From: Vitrella brassicaformis CCMP3155
Lineage: Eukaryota; Protista; Chromerida
NCBI GenBank assembly: GCA_001179505.1
Contig: CDMY01000840.1
Span: 187,191-251,190, forward strand
DNA length: 64,000 nt
Direction of reading: 5' to 3'
Shown: piece by piece, positions 25,101 through 37,025 of the stretch
How the letters are laid out: every line of letters starts with the position of its first letter
How positions within the stretch are numbered: the stretch's first letter is position 1
The notes under the pieces: model-generated
Seen by the model: only the letters and a program-made list of their open reading frames with translations
Told to the model about the DNA's origin: nothing
Databases searched by the model: none
Program-made: the position numbers and the translations under genes

Positions 25101-26709
25101 GTCGCTTCTCGTCGACCTCATAGTCGCGGCCCTTCTGCAACACCTGCACAAGCTCTGCAGCACGGGCGTACTTGGCCTACCAACAGACACCGCATCCACG
25201 CACACGGACAGCCGGCAATGCATTCAATGCAGCTGTCTGGTTACTTTCTTTCCTCCCTCCCTCCCTCCCTCCCTCTTACGAGTGGTGCTCCGACAGTCTG
25301 GCTGATCTTCAGAGGGTTCCTGGCGTCGTCAATGAGGATCGAGTCGGCCTCGTCGACGATGCAGTAGTAGAAGGGCGAGGGGCGGCCCGTGGCCGCCGGG
25401 TCCAGAACTATCGCACCGTCGCTGTAGGCCAGATTGTCGCGGAGGTAGTCGAAACCCAGCTCCTGGTGCCAACACAGCACACACATGGGAGGAGTGATGG
25501 GTGGGTGAGAGTGGATGGTGTGGCCACATCTGCACTGCACGCACCTGGTGTGTGGCGTAGATGACGTCTGCAGCGTACGCGCGCTTCTTCTCTTCCCTCT
25601 CCTGACCCGGCACCACCACACCCACACTCAGACCCAGGAACCTGCACACAGACAGACAGACGAGCGACGCATTCGAGGCACACATACATAAATAGTCATT
25701 CGTCGAGATCGATGGATTCCTGCCTGCCTGACTCACTTGTATATCTGCCCCATAGTGTCGGCGTCCCTCTTGGTGAGGTACTCGTTCTGGGAGACCACAA
25801 ACGCCCCCTTGCCCAGCAGCGCGTTGAGGTAGGCGGGCAGCGTGGCCACGAGCGTCTTGCCCTCTCCCGTGGCCATCTCCGCCAGCCGGCCGTCATGCAG
25901 CGCCATCCCGCCCAAGAGCTGCACGTCGAAGTGCCTGCAATGCATTCAACACCAAACTCATCAGACCGGTGGGTGCGCGCGTATCCTGTGCCTTTAAGTC
26001 ACCTCAGTTCGAGGACTCTCCATGCCGCTTCCCTGACGACGGCGAACGCCTCTTCGAGGATGCCGTCAAGCGCCGCCTTCTCCTTCGCCAGATCGTCCAC
26101 TGTCCGCAGCTCAGACACAGACACGCCAAGAGCAGATGCCAAACGATCCCGAAACTCTTCTGTCTTGGCTCTGAAACAGAAAAGACGAGAGAGGCAGACA
26201 ACCATTCCATTCTCACACACTGCTAATTGTCTTGCATGGTTTGCGTGCCTGAGCTGTTCGTCCGAGAGGTTCTCGACCTCGTCCTCCAGTCTGTTGATGC
26301 GGTCCACCCGCCCCTGGTACTCGATGGCAGCTGCCTTGTTGCGCTCCATGAGGTCCTCCAACGGATCTGCCGCACCGAAGGGCTTTAGGAGGCCGCCGAT
26401 GGACATCTGCGTCAGAGGCCGCCTCACATGCCGCTGGCAAAAAAGCACAAAAGCCGCAAACAAGGACACACAAGCATCGATGCACTGCACCTGCACAACA
26501 GCCAGCCTCCGTGTGTGTCAACTGCCTGTGCCTGGGCTGGCTACATTTGTTGCGTGACGAAAGTCGGCACCACCAGGCGAGAGGACGAACGTTGCAGGAA
26601 CGGAGGTGTGACGAAGCGCGTGATGGCGGAAGGCATCGGCTTTGATTCCCAGCAGGCCGACCAGTGCAGTGATGAACATCGCATGACCCAATGGACACAT
26701 CTTCTTCAT
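22154..26709 (-). CDS. secA: Nucleus-encoded, plastid-targeted preprotein translocase SecA (divergent)
   Basis: [103 protein letters not shown]-terminal signal peptide [26 protein letters not shown]|F plus an Arg/His-rich transit peptide. More than 15 exons. Confidence 0.93.
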
Positions 26710-26963
26710 CCAATCGCTCTGATTCCCAAGATCTCTATCCTCGTCACTTCATTGCTTCATTCTCACACCAGTTTTCGTCAGGAGCACAACCCCTCTGAAC
26801 TTGAGCTCGCAAGGAACGATCGGAGGAGCCGGGGCGTCCGAACCATCGCCAGCGGTGATGAAGCCATGGGACAACCATGGGATGAATGGCGGATCGGCAT
26901 CTCTCGTCACGAGCATCGCTCCCCTCCCCTCCCCCTCTGACGAGTGATGCACTCATCCATTGA

Positions 26964-28539
26964 ATGGCCACCATGATGCAGTCCAGTGACCATGACAACC
27001 ATCAGCCTCCCTCGCCCCAGTGCAGCCTGGTGTCGGCGGCCCTTGCCGGCATGATCACCAAGACCGCATGTGCGCCACTCGACCGAGTGCGCACCCTCTA
27101 CCAGACCCAGGGCATGTTCACCTCGGCCGGCCACTCGGCTGCCCCGCGGCCCAGCGCCACGCTCAAGTACGGCGGCTCATTCGGCCTGTTCGGCACGTTC
27201 CGGCAGATATACGCCGAGGAGGGCGTGGCGGGTCTGTTCCGCGGCAACCTGATGAACTGTATCCGCGCCATGGCCGTCTACGGCATCAAATTCGGCACCA
27301 ACGACTTCATCAAAGACCAAATCAGACTCGCGCGCAGCAGCAGCAGTGGCAGTAGCAGCAACGGCAGCAGCAGCAACAGGGCCGATGGGCGTCTGTATTC
27401 CAGTGACCTCTTGCTGGCGGGGCTAGTGGCCGGGACGGTGCAGAAGCTGGCGACCTACCCGCTGGATCTGCTGACGGTGCGGCTGGCGCTGGGCAGCAAC
27501 GTGGCGAGCGTGGCGAGTGGTGGCGTGGGCGGGGGTAGTGGGGGGTACAGGGGCATATTGGATTGTGTGGCGCGGATCTACGTGCGTGAGGGTGTCGGTG
27601 GGTTTTGGAAGGGGCTTTGCCCCACGCTAGTGACGGGCGTGCCCTACGTCGCCCTCCAGCTGTCGCTATGGGACGACTACAGAGACAGATACCGCAGGTA
27701 GGGTGCGTATGGCATGGTGTGTGCACCAAGCAGCGAGAGACATGGCATCCACCCAATGCGCGTATGTGTCTGTGAATATGTGTGTGTGTGGTGTTTGGTA
27801 GGTACATTCGTCCCTGTGTGAATGGGGCGTCGAGCAAGGCCGACGGCGCGGCGGACGTCGTGGAGTCATCCGTTGCAGGTGGGCGAGCGGCGGCTAGCCA
27901 GCACCACCTCTGATCTCATAATGTGTGTCTCACACAGGGTCGCTGGCCAGCCTGACAGCGCAGCTGATGGTGTTCCCATGCGACACAATAAGGTACACAC
28001 ACACTGCCACTTGCGTTGGTGCTGTCTATGTCAATGTCTGCAGGAAGCGCATGATGGCCGATGGTGTCGACAAACGGACGGGCGACGGCATGGACCCTCG
28101 CAAGTATAGGTACATGCGATCGATGCGTCAACCACACACACATGCCCCTTCTCTCCACACACGTGCCCCTTCTCTCTCTTTCTGTGTGGGTGTGGGTGTA
28201 GGGGCATGGTGGATTGCTTGCGTCAGGTGCTGCGCGAGGGCGGCGTGTGCCGTCTCTATCACGGCCTGGTGCCGTGCATCGTCAAGGCACTGCCAAATGG
28301 TCCGCCAGACCCACTCACTACCCACATGCTGCGCACTGATGCATTGGCGCATTCATTGGTGTGGATGGGATGCAGGTGCGATTCAGTTTGGCAGCCTCGA
28401 GCTGTTCTCCAGGCTGGTGCCGCAGGCGTATTTGCTCATTAGCAGCGCATGCGCCTCGCTCGCCGAGCACATCAACAACACCAGGACCAGGACCAGCACC
28501 ACAGCCACTGCAGCAACTGCTGCAGCAGGCGTCACATAG
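26964..28539 (+). CDS. Mitochondrial carrier family protein (CoA/adenine-nucleotide carrier clade, SLC25A42/Leu5-like)
   Basis: Three carrier repeats: TACAPLDRVRTLYQ, LATYPLDLLTVRL and MVFPCDTI|RKRMM, plus GLFRGNLMNCIR and GFWKGLCPTL. Confidence 0.88.
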
Positions 28540-28646
28540 ATTGCATGACGATGACGAGGGGGAGTTGCGTGAGAGGGATGAGGGGAGAGGTGGCGTGTAC
28601 AGCTTGCCGCCGATGTGCATTCGTGTGCGTATGTGTGTATGTATGT

Positions 28647-28677
<31 letters not shown>

Positions 28678-29238
28678 CATGCGTTTCTTGTGTCGCTTCA
28701 AGGGTGGGTGCAGACAGACAGACAGGCAGACAGACCAGAGAACCAACACGTCGGAAGTTTCCAGCCCGTGTGGAAACTTCCTGTGTTGGCTGCGGTCTAC
28801 TTCTTGTTGATAGTATGTATGCTTATGGACAGACAGACAGTAGTCTCGAATATTTCAGACTCTAGGTCACGGTGCGGAACACACTGCTCAAGAGCTTGGT
28901 GGACAAGGGAAATGCCAAGCGCAAGTAGTGTAGATGGATGGATGGATGGATGATGGATGGATGATGGATGGAATGGCGGCAGCTGTCCTGCACAACTGTG
29001 TGCATGTACTGGTGTGTCCTATAGACACCGATTGGTGTGTGTACAGCTCAGCAGGTGGTTGGACACGACTAGTGTTGTACAGCTGTCCATGCAGACGGAG
29101 ATGATCTATCTCACAATGCACCAGACACTTGGTGTCCACCCATCTAATATCTGCCTCATCATGCACGCGAAGTAACGCGGAGAAATGGGGTCATGCGATC
29201 CAAAGTCGCGAGCTTAGTGTTTTGAAGGCGGTCTGTCC

Positions 29239-31633
29239 ATGCTCAGTCCTTGCAGCAGGGGAGGCTCGTCGACGGCCACGTGCGCCTTCTTCCTCTGCGG
29301 CCGAAACACTGCAAAGGAGCCCAGCGACTATTCGCCATCGCCATCGGATTCGGGCCATTCAGATGAGAGCTGCAGAAGCGGCGGTGAATGCGTATGCGAG
29401 TCTGACCATGGCGCTGACGAGAGTGCACAGCCGAAAGCCTCTGGAGAGGGAGGGGCTGTCAGGGGGCCGGAGGGGGAAGGGAGTGAAGGGCGAGATGACG
29501 ACGACGACGACGATGAACCGCTGGATGAGGTGCTCAGGAAGCTGGAACAGCTCAAGGCCAGACGTAGGTGTCAGAAAGATACTTGAAGGGCCCATTTGCA
29601 ATGAATTGGGTGCTGTTATCGTGTTTGTGTCTCAGTGCATGAGTTGCTGGCTGCCCGTCAGCAGCCGCAGCCGCATCCCCCTCCTCCCTCTGGCCCTCCA
29701 TGGCGACAGCCACCATGGCCCCATCGGCCGCCGCTGAAAGTGCAAAACAGGAGAACACAGCAAAAGAGATACTGCGACCTGATGGAATGTTTGTTGTGTG
29801 CGTGTTTGGTGCGGCATTGCAGGCTCCGGTTTCCTCCTGGCCTTCCTGTGCCCCTCTTGGCGGCGCCAAGGTGATAGGCAATGCCATCTTAGACCCCACG
29901 AGCAGAATTTGCCCCATCAGGGTAGTTAACGACAAGGTAAATGACACAAATGTCGCCCACACACACTCTCCCTGCCTCTATGCCTCTGTGTTTGTCTGGT
30001 GGATACAGTTTCAGCAGTTCATTGGCCACAGTCCCTGGGAGCTGGTGGGCAACAGCATCCTCACCTCGATCAGGTCGCGCGTCGAGGTGGCAGACGGAGG
30101 CACCTGGGGATTGCCCGCCAATATGTGGGTACCGACAACCCATCAGCCGAACGGGGCTCTGATGAATGCGATGCAGCGACTGGAAGGGTGGCTGAATGAG
30201 ATTGCCGCCAGGAAGGGAGAGGCACCATGGCAGGATTGCGTCTTGCAGATGTTTGTCAGGGCGAAAGACACGGGTGGGTGGGTAAGAGCGCAAACAAGGC
30301 AGGGCAGTGAATCGAGGCACGAGTGGTGTGGGGTGTGTGTGCAGGCCGTCGGAAGCATGTCTTGATGTACCTGGGCACGGTGCTGGTGGAGACTTTCTTG
30401 TATGTGCTCGTGGTCCTGTTTGAGCTGCCCGAAGGCCTCTACATCGACCCTGACCATATTGCACATCGCAGGGCAGCTCTGGAGCTGGTCGAACACACCA
30501 TCTCCTCAGGTGATCAAGGCAGACAACACAAACCATGTGTGTGGTACTTACTAGTGTCCGTGTCTGTGGGTGTCTCAGACTCTGACCACAGTATTGGTGT
30601 GACTATTGACCCCAGCACCCTCCCTCACAGGCGTAATCCGCCACACGCCCACCCTCCAACGTCCTTTCTGCCCCTCGCTGCTGCCGTGACCAACAGCGAC
30701 CCATGTGACATCGGTCGGCCGCATTTTGGCATGAGAACCTCACCTGTCTCACAGCCCAGCGAGCCGAGGCCGATACCTCCCGCGGCATCACATGGCCGTG
30801 GCTACGGCACGAAGGCCATGCCGATGCCGCATGGACCCACGTCGTTTCCACCTCCCCTCCCGCCCCCCTCCGCGCCGTCAGTCGCCACGCCCACGACTCT
30901 CTCCTTCTCTGCATCGGCATCGGCATTTCAGAGCCCCAGGAGGACTCATGACGGCCATCATCGTATCGATAACAGTGAGAGCTCTGTGTCGACACCGGTG
31001 CGGCTGCCCCTTCCCCCTCCTCACCAGTACCATCCTCAGCTACACACATTTCTCCCTCCGATGATGTCTCCGGCCTATCCGCCGTCACGAGACGAGCCCC
31101 TCCAGGAAATCATCAGCATCAGCGTGCCACATGCTGCGTGTGAGGCTTTTGAGGAGAAGACCCCCAGTGTGGTGGATGTGTTCGACAGCTCGGGGTTCGG
31201 AGACTATCGAGTGATGCCGGGGGGTGACAGCAACCGGCGGCACACGAACGTCGGCGTGAGTGTGATTGAAAAGCGATCGGCACTGAAGAAGCCGACAGGA
31301 GAAAGGTCGCTGCAGAGGTGGGAAGCCGGGCAGGGACTAAGGGGGGAGAGCGGGAGAGACACATACGGCGCTGTATGGTTGGTTGTTCAGGCGCATTTCC
31401 TTCGGCCAGAATGTGGTGTTGGGGGTGCAATAACTCGGAGAGATGTAGATGTGTCCGCACGGGTGCATGTATGGGTTGAGAGCAGCTCGACGGGCCACCA
31501 TGCGAGTGTGTTGACCGATGAGGATGCTTGTCGTGTTGATCTGTCTGCTCTGTTTGTCGTGTGGGTCAATCAGTCAACACAGACACGTACACGCACCGCA
31601 CACCGATCTCTCCATTCATTCGTTCGTCGATAG
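29239..31633 (+). CDS. PAS/PAC (LOV-like) domain protein with acidic N-terminus, short coiled coil and Pro/Ser-rich tail
   Basis: Spliced AILDPTSRICPIRVVNDK|FQQFIGHSPWELVGNSIL resembles the PAS/LOV N-terminal core. FVRAKDT|GRRKHVLMYLGTV...LYVLVVLFE is PAC-like. The 3' exon structure is uncertain. Confidence 0.6.
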
Positions 31634-32669
31634 GAAGAGGGGACACACCGACACATAGACAGACCGAGGCAGACAGACAGACAGACAGGCAGAAATCCAG
31701 CTGCCAGACAAACAGGACAAGAGCTTCTGAATTGTCGTCCGACCGAACACCACAACGAGTAAGGCAAGGCAAGGCAGGCAGGCAGGCAGGCAATTCCCCT
31801 TCTGTCGCCCTTTCCCCCTCCATCCCCCCTCTCTCTCTTTGTTCTCTCGCTCCCTCCTGACTCTACAGGCAATTCCCCCCTCTCTCCATCCATCCATCCC
31901 CCCATCGATCGGTCAATAAGGAAGACACTGACTGATGTACACACGAGTGAGACAGACAGGAAGTGGCCAATAACAAATACGACAGACGACAGGCACGCAG
32001 GCACGACAGTGGTCGATCGGTCGGTCGGTCCTTGTTTCGCGACAGGTGGTCAAAAATCCACCATCGCCCGACTAGCACGCACAATACGCATCGAATCCAT
32101 CGATCAGCAAGCAGATAGACAACAAACACACAGAGAAAGCGACAGCTGACTGACAACGGACAACGGATCTCTCTCTCTCCTTCCTTTGTTGACGACGAGA
32201 CACGACAAACATGCCATCCATCGCAATTCAAAACTCGCCTTACCAGCAGCAAGCGTGTGTCATGGACTGCAATGGATTGGAATGGAATGGAGTGGACGGA
32301 CGGGCAGAGACGAGACGGACGCTGTACGAGTGAACACACGGGGGCACGCAAGAGTGTACGTATGGTACACTGGGCATCTCTGCGCTCATGGAACGTTGGA
32401 TGGATTATATGCACACACGACGACCGACCAGCGAGCGACAGACAGACAGTACCAGTGGGTGAATGTGATGGATGGATGCGTTGGCCAGCACAGGACAGCA
32501 GACGAGCAGGTGCGTGTGGTGAATGGCTAGCAGCAAGCGACGAGCATAAAATTCTCCTGAAGGCTCTGAGTATGGATGGCAATGTGCGATGTAATGGATG
32601 AAGTGAGTGAGTGTGTGGCGACAAAACTTGGTCGTACATGGATGGCATCGTGCACCCGCGTACGCACCT

Positions 32670-32969
32670 NNNNNNNNNNNNNNNNNNNNNNNNNNNNNNN
32701 NNNNNNNNNNNNNNNNNNNNNNNNNNNNNNNNNNNNNNNNNNNNNNNNNNNNNNNNNNNNNNNNNNNNNNNNNNNNNNNNNNNNNNNNNNNNNNNNNNNN
32801 NNNNNNNNNNNNNNNNNNNNNNNNNNNNNNNNNNNNNNNNNNNNNNNNNNNNNNNNNNNNNNNNNNNNNNNNNNNNNNNNNNNNNNNNNNNNNNNNNNNN
32901 NNNNNNNNNNNNNNNNNNNNNNNNNNNNNNNNNNNNNNNNNNNNNNNNNNNNNNNNNNNNNNNNNNNNN
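32670..32969. other. Assembly gap (300 N)
   Basis: Run of N, followed shortly by a poly-C tract. Confidence 0.95.
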
Positions 32970-33634
32970 AACGAGCCTCCCCCCCCCCCCTCCCCAAGTA
33001 CGCACAGCACGATAAAAGCAATTATAGCCTCCCTGCCTGCGGCACACTGATGTGATGTCATGTTCAAACAGCACACGAGATGGATGGATGGATGGATGGA
33101 TAGAAATGTCAAGGGTCCTAGAGAGCGAGGGATCTACCTACCTCTCCCCTACCCCCCTCGAGTCGAGTCGAGTCGAGTGAGCGGACCTCACTCATACACA
33201 ACACGGCCGACAAAAACAAAAAAGATATGAATGGATAGACACGAGCAAAACAGACAGACACACGAGCCGCGCCCACGACCACGGCACACGCACGCGACCG
33301 ACACCCTCTTGGTCTCTACGTACCTCCCTCCTTCGCTGATTGTCGGATCAGAAGCATCAGGTCATGCCAGCAGGCAGCCAGGCAGACAGGCAGGCGGACA
33401 GAGAAACAAGAGAAACAGACACAGAGAGAGAGACGACAGATTGAGAGGTATGCACCGACGGAAGTATGTATCCACAAGGCGAGCCAGGAAGGCAGGCAGG
33501 CAGACGGACATGCATCATATAGCACATGACACACACACACACACACACACACACAGACGGAGACAACGCAGCACATCCCTCTTGGTGACAAATAGACAAA
33601 GGCGAGCAACCGCGCACGCACAACAGAGAACAAA

Positions 33635-33697
33635 ACGTAATGGGGAACGGGACTGACGTAATGGGGAACGGGACTGACGTAATGGGGAACGGGACTG
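33635..33697 (+). repeat. Perfect 3 x 21-bp tandem repeat
   Basis: ACGTAATGGGGAACGGGACTG at 33635, 33656 and 33677. Confidence 0.95.
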
Positions 33698-36600
33698 AAA
33701 AGGGAGAAAGAAAATCGTAGGCAACAAAGCAAGAACCGCCCCTTCAGGGCCCATCCACCAAACATTGGTCAATCTGTCATTGAGGAAAATGCGCCGTATT
33801 CTTGACGTGTCGCGGCGCTCATGAAAAGCGTGTATGCACGTATGTAGCGCATGTGTAAGTGAAGACGTCACATGAAAATCCATGCAGCCGATGCACTGAC
33901 TACCGTGGCCAAAAATGATCCGTAAGTGAGCGGCCGCTCTGTCGGCATATACATCCACATCATCATATTTATAGGTATAGACAGGCCACATGTGTGTGGG
34001 CAGAAAGAGAAAATGGTGTCTCCATATATCGTTGCCACCGGGTATGCGGCCAAAAGCAACGGAGACGGTCGCACGGCATAACACACGTACATGCAGGCGC
34101 ACACGGGGAGGGGAGAGGAGAGGGAGGGGCATCGAGACACACAGGCAGGCAGGCAGGCAGGCAGGCACACGTACAGACGTGCAGGCAGGCAGGTGGAATA
34201 GGACAAATAGTAGTCAGACAGGCTAGACAGAATGGCAGCTGAAGTATCGACTGAGGGTGCCAAGACAAGACAAGACAAGACAAGACAAGAGGAGAAGAAG
34301 AGAGTGGTCCATCGACTTTTCCTGCGTCTGCTCATCCGCACAGCTCTGTACCCACACACAGATACATACGTACACAGGTCGATCGGATCGTCGATTCATG
34401 AACAACAAGAGAGAGAGGGAGAGACGGTGAGACGGACATACAGACGTGTCCGTCCATCCGTTAAAAATAGGCGAGAGCGCGCGCGGAGAAGCGAGCAGGC
34501 AGGCAGAGCGTTATCATATGCCATCTCAGCAGAGAGGTGTACTATGTACGTACGTATGTATATACGTATGTATGTACGTGTGTATGTACGCGTGACATTG
34601 TACGCAAGCAAACAACACCAGAGAAATATGCAGAGAGACGACAGAAGAGAATAGAGGTGCCAAGTAGGAACGAACGAAGGGACATATAGCGATCTGAGTC
34701 GGTCGGCTTATACACACACAGGACGGACATATGGGAGGCAGGCAGGCAGGCAGACAGGCAGCTGTCGGCTTTTGTTCCCACACACACACAACACATTACT
34801 TAGCACGAAGTTCAAAAGGCACCACACACACAGGCTCTCTCTGTTTCTCACGCATTGCGATGTATGTAAGTATGCACGCCCACACGCTGCAGCCAAGTTC
34901 CGTCTCCCAAACATCCCATCCTCTCCCCTCCCCTCCCCTCTCTCTCTCTCACGTGCACATGGGGGTCTACTACGCGCGTGTCAGCGCCGCAGGCCCTTGA
35001 AGCAAAATCGTAGTCTTCACAAGCATCATCATTGAGACATCACCAAAGCGAGCTATGTCATGCAGTGCAATGCAATGCAATGCGATGTCATATAATGAAT
35101 GTATGTGCTGACAGACACGGGTATACACGCATGTGTGTACGTGTGTACGTATGTACGTACGTACGTACGCGCACGTGACAATGACATTGACCGATCGATG
35201 CATGCAGATAAACATGAACGAGAGAGACACCACGCCACCCACACCCAAAAGAGTCACCACACACGGATCTAGAACACACACAACACACACAACACACAGA
35301 TCAGCAGCAAGTAGGAGGTAGTGAAGTGTAGTGGCATGTCCTGCTCTGTAGAGCAGCAAGGGATGTCATGGCCACCCCTCCAGTGAGTGCTGGTCTCATC
35401 CCTGTCCCCCCTCCCCCCTCCCTCACCCGCCGTGTGTGGCGCTCTTTTCCTCTCCTCTCCTTTCCTTCCCTCTTGCTCAGTTGAGGCCGTCAGCGGTCGA
35501 CGATCGAGTAAGTGATATGAGCGCTACCTCTCAACACGGAGGATACACACCGTGCGACACGACCGTGTCCATCCATCCATCCATCCATGAGTCGGGCTCT
35601 CTCCCTCGATGAGACACACACACGTCGCCTGATGGCCAGCCGGACACACAGATAGAAGCAAAGATGAAGATGAACACACGGCTATGTACTCCTTCCTCCC
35701 TCCCTCCCTGGTGCATGGATGCGCTTCGACATGGAACATGAAAAGGTGAGTCACGAAGTAGAATCAGGCCAGGCAGGCACCTGTCGGTCTGTGTGTCGAG
35801 CAGTAAGTGAGTGTAATGTCCGCACACACGCACACAGGCGCACTCATACAGAAACACTGCTCTCTCATCGTCTTCCCCGGCAGTTCTCGCTCTCTCTCTG
35901 TCTCTCCGTTGCACGCTCTCAGCAGGAAGAAAAGTATCTTAAATCAGCACATGGATGATGAGCATGTATGTATCACGATCGATCACCTTCGTTGGACGTA
36001 AATCAAACACTACATCCACGTATCCCCGTTCACCTCACCTGTGTGTATCATATGCTCTGGGTAGCATAGCGTAGCACACACAGGCCTCCTCGACACACAG
36101 GCGCACACGTAGACAGACAGACAGACAGACAGACAGGCGCGCCACACCGTGCCCCATCGTTCGTCCCTCGTTGCTGCAAAAAACGATTATCAAGTGTTGC
36201 TCGTTCGTTGGTCGGCCGAGCAAGTGCGGGGGAATGAGCGGACCAATCCATGGATCATGCATCCGTCAACGCATACACACACGGTGGGTGCGTGGGTGCG
36301 TGTGCGTGCATTGCACGTGTGGTCGATCGTCTGTACGTGCGTATGAAAGAGACACCACCGGTCGACACGTGTGTCGACGTGCGGTGCGGACTACAAATGG
36401 ACGGACAGCATCTCGTGTGTGATACGATACACCCTCACAGACAGACAGACAGACAGGCAGGCGGGCGGACAGAAATACACAGACCCACCCCTACAAAGTG
36501 CTGTGTGTGCTGAATAAACGAATGATGAATGTGACCGCCCTCCCCTCGCACACGAACGGTACTGAAGCCAATGTATGTGTATATGCAATGGGTGGTATGG

Positions 36601-36754
36601 ATGCATGTGGTATTAAACGCGGGCGAGAAAACTCAGACTGAGTGGCAGGTAAGGCAAAGGCAGGGAAGCTAGACAGAGAGAGGGATAGGGGCATTGGAGG
36701 GTACAGACAGCCCTCCGTACGCTACTTCAGCACACACACACAGACACGCGCGCA

Positions 36755-36785
<31 letters not shown>

Positions 36786-37025
36786 CGGGGCTGGTGCGAT
36801 GAATGAATGAAATGGCGTGCGATGAAATCGATGGGGTGTGTGTGTGTGAGAGCGAGTGTGTGGATCCGTGTCTGCATTCATGGCGGTATATACATACAAA
36901 TATACGCAGAAAGCAATAGCCCGGCCCCCCACATGCATGGCATGCTGGATAGATATAGATAGTGTGCGAAGGTCATCACAACTCGGTATAGATAGCCTAG
37001 CACCCCTGCTCCCCATCCCTACCCC

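Larger units (their letters stand above)
31640..37020. repeat. Gene-poor, microsatellite-dense tract between two convergent 3' ends
   Basis: Arrays of (GACA)n, (GCAG)n, (GATG)n, (GTAC/GTAT)n, (CA)n and (CAAGA)n. The ORFs here are low-complexity shadows. Confidence 0.8.

Noticed and set aside
22154-26709. Bacterial contamination or recent HGT of secA
   Set aside because: The gene has more than 15 host-type introns and a eukaryotic bipartite targeting sequence.
31863-33112. ORFs of 130-400 aa across the second gap
   Set aside because: Built from N runs and microsatellites, with no domain-like sequence.
33635-33697. Direct repeats as a possible CRISPR array
   Set aside because: The units are contiguous with no spacers, the context is eukaryotic and there are no cas genes.
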